Source: Octopus bimaculoides (Eukaryota). Taken from it: 64,000 nt of DNA. Location of the stretch: contig NC_068984.1 in the NCBI RefSeq assembly GCF_001194135.2, positions 82,421,527 through 82,485,526 on the forward strand, in the 5' to 3' direction. Position numbers and translations under genes: made by a program. The notes beneath the pieces are model-generated. The model was not told the DNA's origin, ran no database searches, and saw only the letters and a list, made by a program, of their open reading frames with translations. Below, piece after piece: positions 62,690-64,000 of this stretch; within the stretch, counting starts at the first letter, position 1, and each line of letters starts with the position of its first letter.

Positions 62690-63400
62690 TACTAAAGAGT
62701 AAATTTATTCAATAAAATCGCCGTTGGCTTAAACCACAGCCTCCAGACGACTTTGGAATCCCCTGCAAGTCTTCTGGGCTGTCTCCTTGTTTAAGTTGAT
62801 GCATGCTGCCATAATCCTTGCCTTTAGTTCATCTTTAGCATTACAAGGAGTTTTGTTGGTCTCTTGCTCAAATATGCCCCACATAATAATCAAGGGGGTT
62901 GCAGTGTGGGAAGTTAAGTGGCCAGATGGGGTAGATCATGGATGCATTTGTTGTAAAATTCAACTGGTTTGCTATCGAAGAAGTTTCCAATTGCAGTTAT
63001 CAGTTCATCATCAGTTATGAATGTTTTGGCATTCAAGAAGGTCTACAGTACCTGGTATGGGTGGTAACCTGTTGGCGCCAGGTTGGATGAGGGAGAACTT
63101 CTCACTCCAGCTCAAAAGTTTTTCACGGCTGAAATTTCCATGTGGTTAGTTGTTATCATGAAGAAACATGATATTAGTCAATTCTAGGTGTTTTTGTGCA
63201 ACTGTGTCTGCCACCCATTGCAGTTGTTGACAGTACAATTGAACGTTGATGGTCTGATTGCGTTCCGACATTTCCCAGTAAATCACACTCTTCATATCTC
63301 ATACAGGTCAGCTTGGACTGTGTGACGACTAATTGTGTCTTTTCCAAATGCTTGGTTGTGATTTAGGCTGGACTTGTAATCATACAGTGACAAAATACAT
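62690..63400 (-). mobile_element. Two adjacent degenerate Tc1/mariner transposase fragments
   Basis: minus strand WPLNFPHCNPLDYY.WGIFEQETN...RLEAVV*ANGDFIE (about 62705-62940) and FLHDNN*PH...WEVLPHP (about 63060-63180). Confidence 0.7.
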
Positions 63401-63764
63401 AGCTGTTCGTGAGTGTTTTCCTGGACCATTTTTGGAACTTAGGTCTGAAATGATGAAAATATTCAATCAAAAGATATTGCATTTACTTATATGTAAATCA
63501 GTAAATAAATAAGCATATATAAAGCTGTGCAGGAACTTTGTTTCCACCCGTGTGTGTGTGTGTGTGTACATACACACATGGTACAAACCTTCAAAGCCTT
63601 GCAGCTTTACTGTCTAGAATGATGATGTCTTACATTGGCTGAAAAGTAAGTAAAAGGGTGTAATGAAATAATACTGGCCACAGTATGTGTCTGTTTGTTA
63701 AACTAATACAATATTGTATTAATATAATATGCTGTGCTTATTACTACTTCATTATGTCTTTACA

Positions 63765-63908
63765 TTCTGAGTTCAAATTCTGGCAAAGTCAACTTTGCCT
63801 TTCATCCTTTTGGGTTCAATAAATTAAGTACCAGTTGCGTACTGGAGTCGATCTAATTGACTGGCCCCCTCCCTAAAATTTCAGGCCTTGTGCCTAGAAT
63901 GGAAAAGA
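63765..63908 (+). mobile_element. SINE 3' part (family of 17833-18046)
   Basis: ttctgagttcaaattctggc...ctttgcctttcatcc...tggccccctccctaaaatttcaggccttgtgcctaga. Confidence 0.75.
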
Positions 63909-63970
63909 TTATGCCCTTTTACGTACTTCTCAGCAAGTTTAAGACCTCATCATCATTGTTATTATTTTAG

Positions 63971-64000
63971 ACAGTAAGGCTGCAAGGCTTTGGGGGTTGG
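63971..64000 (+). CDS. CAD: Probable start of next CAD exon (linker into ATCase), (D)SKAARLWGL..., truncated by window end
   Basis: attttag acceptor, phase 1 compatible, open; position matches LLHSLVGQHILSV at the start of human ATC; only 30 nt visible. Confidence 0.5.

Larger units (their letters stand above)
3118..64000 (+). other. CAD: CAD gene body (partial at both ends): GATase - CPS synthetase - DHOase - linker - start of ATC, at least 32 exons in window
   Basis: Manually spliced GT-AG exons give continuous CAD-like protein: [73 protein letters not shown]. Domain order matches metazoan CAD. Splice phases consistent throughout, one in-frame stop at 18950. Confidence 0.97.

Overview
AT-rich, repeat-laden animal genomic DNA. 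The SINE and RTE-LINE families look like those of octopus/coleoid cephalopods (inferred from recalled repeat sequences, not searched). The window is occupied by a large part of one + strand spliced gene, CAD (carbamoyl-phosphate synthetase 2 / dihydroorotase / aspartate transcarbamylase). I traced 32 GT-AG exons from 3118 to 59879 (5260 nt, all splice phases compatible), covering most of the glutaminase (GATase) domain, the whole CPS synthetase, the whole DHOase and the start of the DHO-ATC linker. There is also a candidate 33-nt linker exon (61694-61726) and the probable start of the ATC-proximal exon (63971 to window end). The N-terminal exons lie upstream of the window. Main anomaly: the exon at the GATase/CPS boundary (18919-19057) carries an in-frame TAA at 18950-18952, and all three frames from its acceptor are closed. 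This is either an assembly/consensus error or a real split or recoding event. Introns hold a degenerate antisense Ty3/Gypsy element, a degenerate Penelope-like element, RTE and CR1/L2-type LINE fragments, Tc1/mariner fragments, a hAT MITE, a Helitron 3' end, many tRNA-derived SINEs, microsatellites and two N gaps. A near-canonical type I hammerhead ribozyme motif sits at 692-739.
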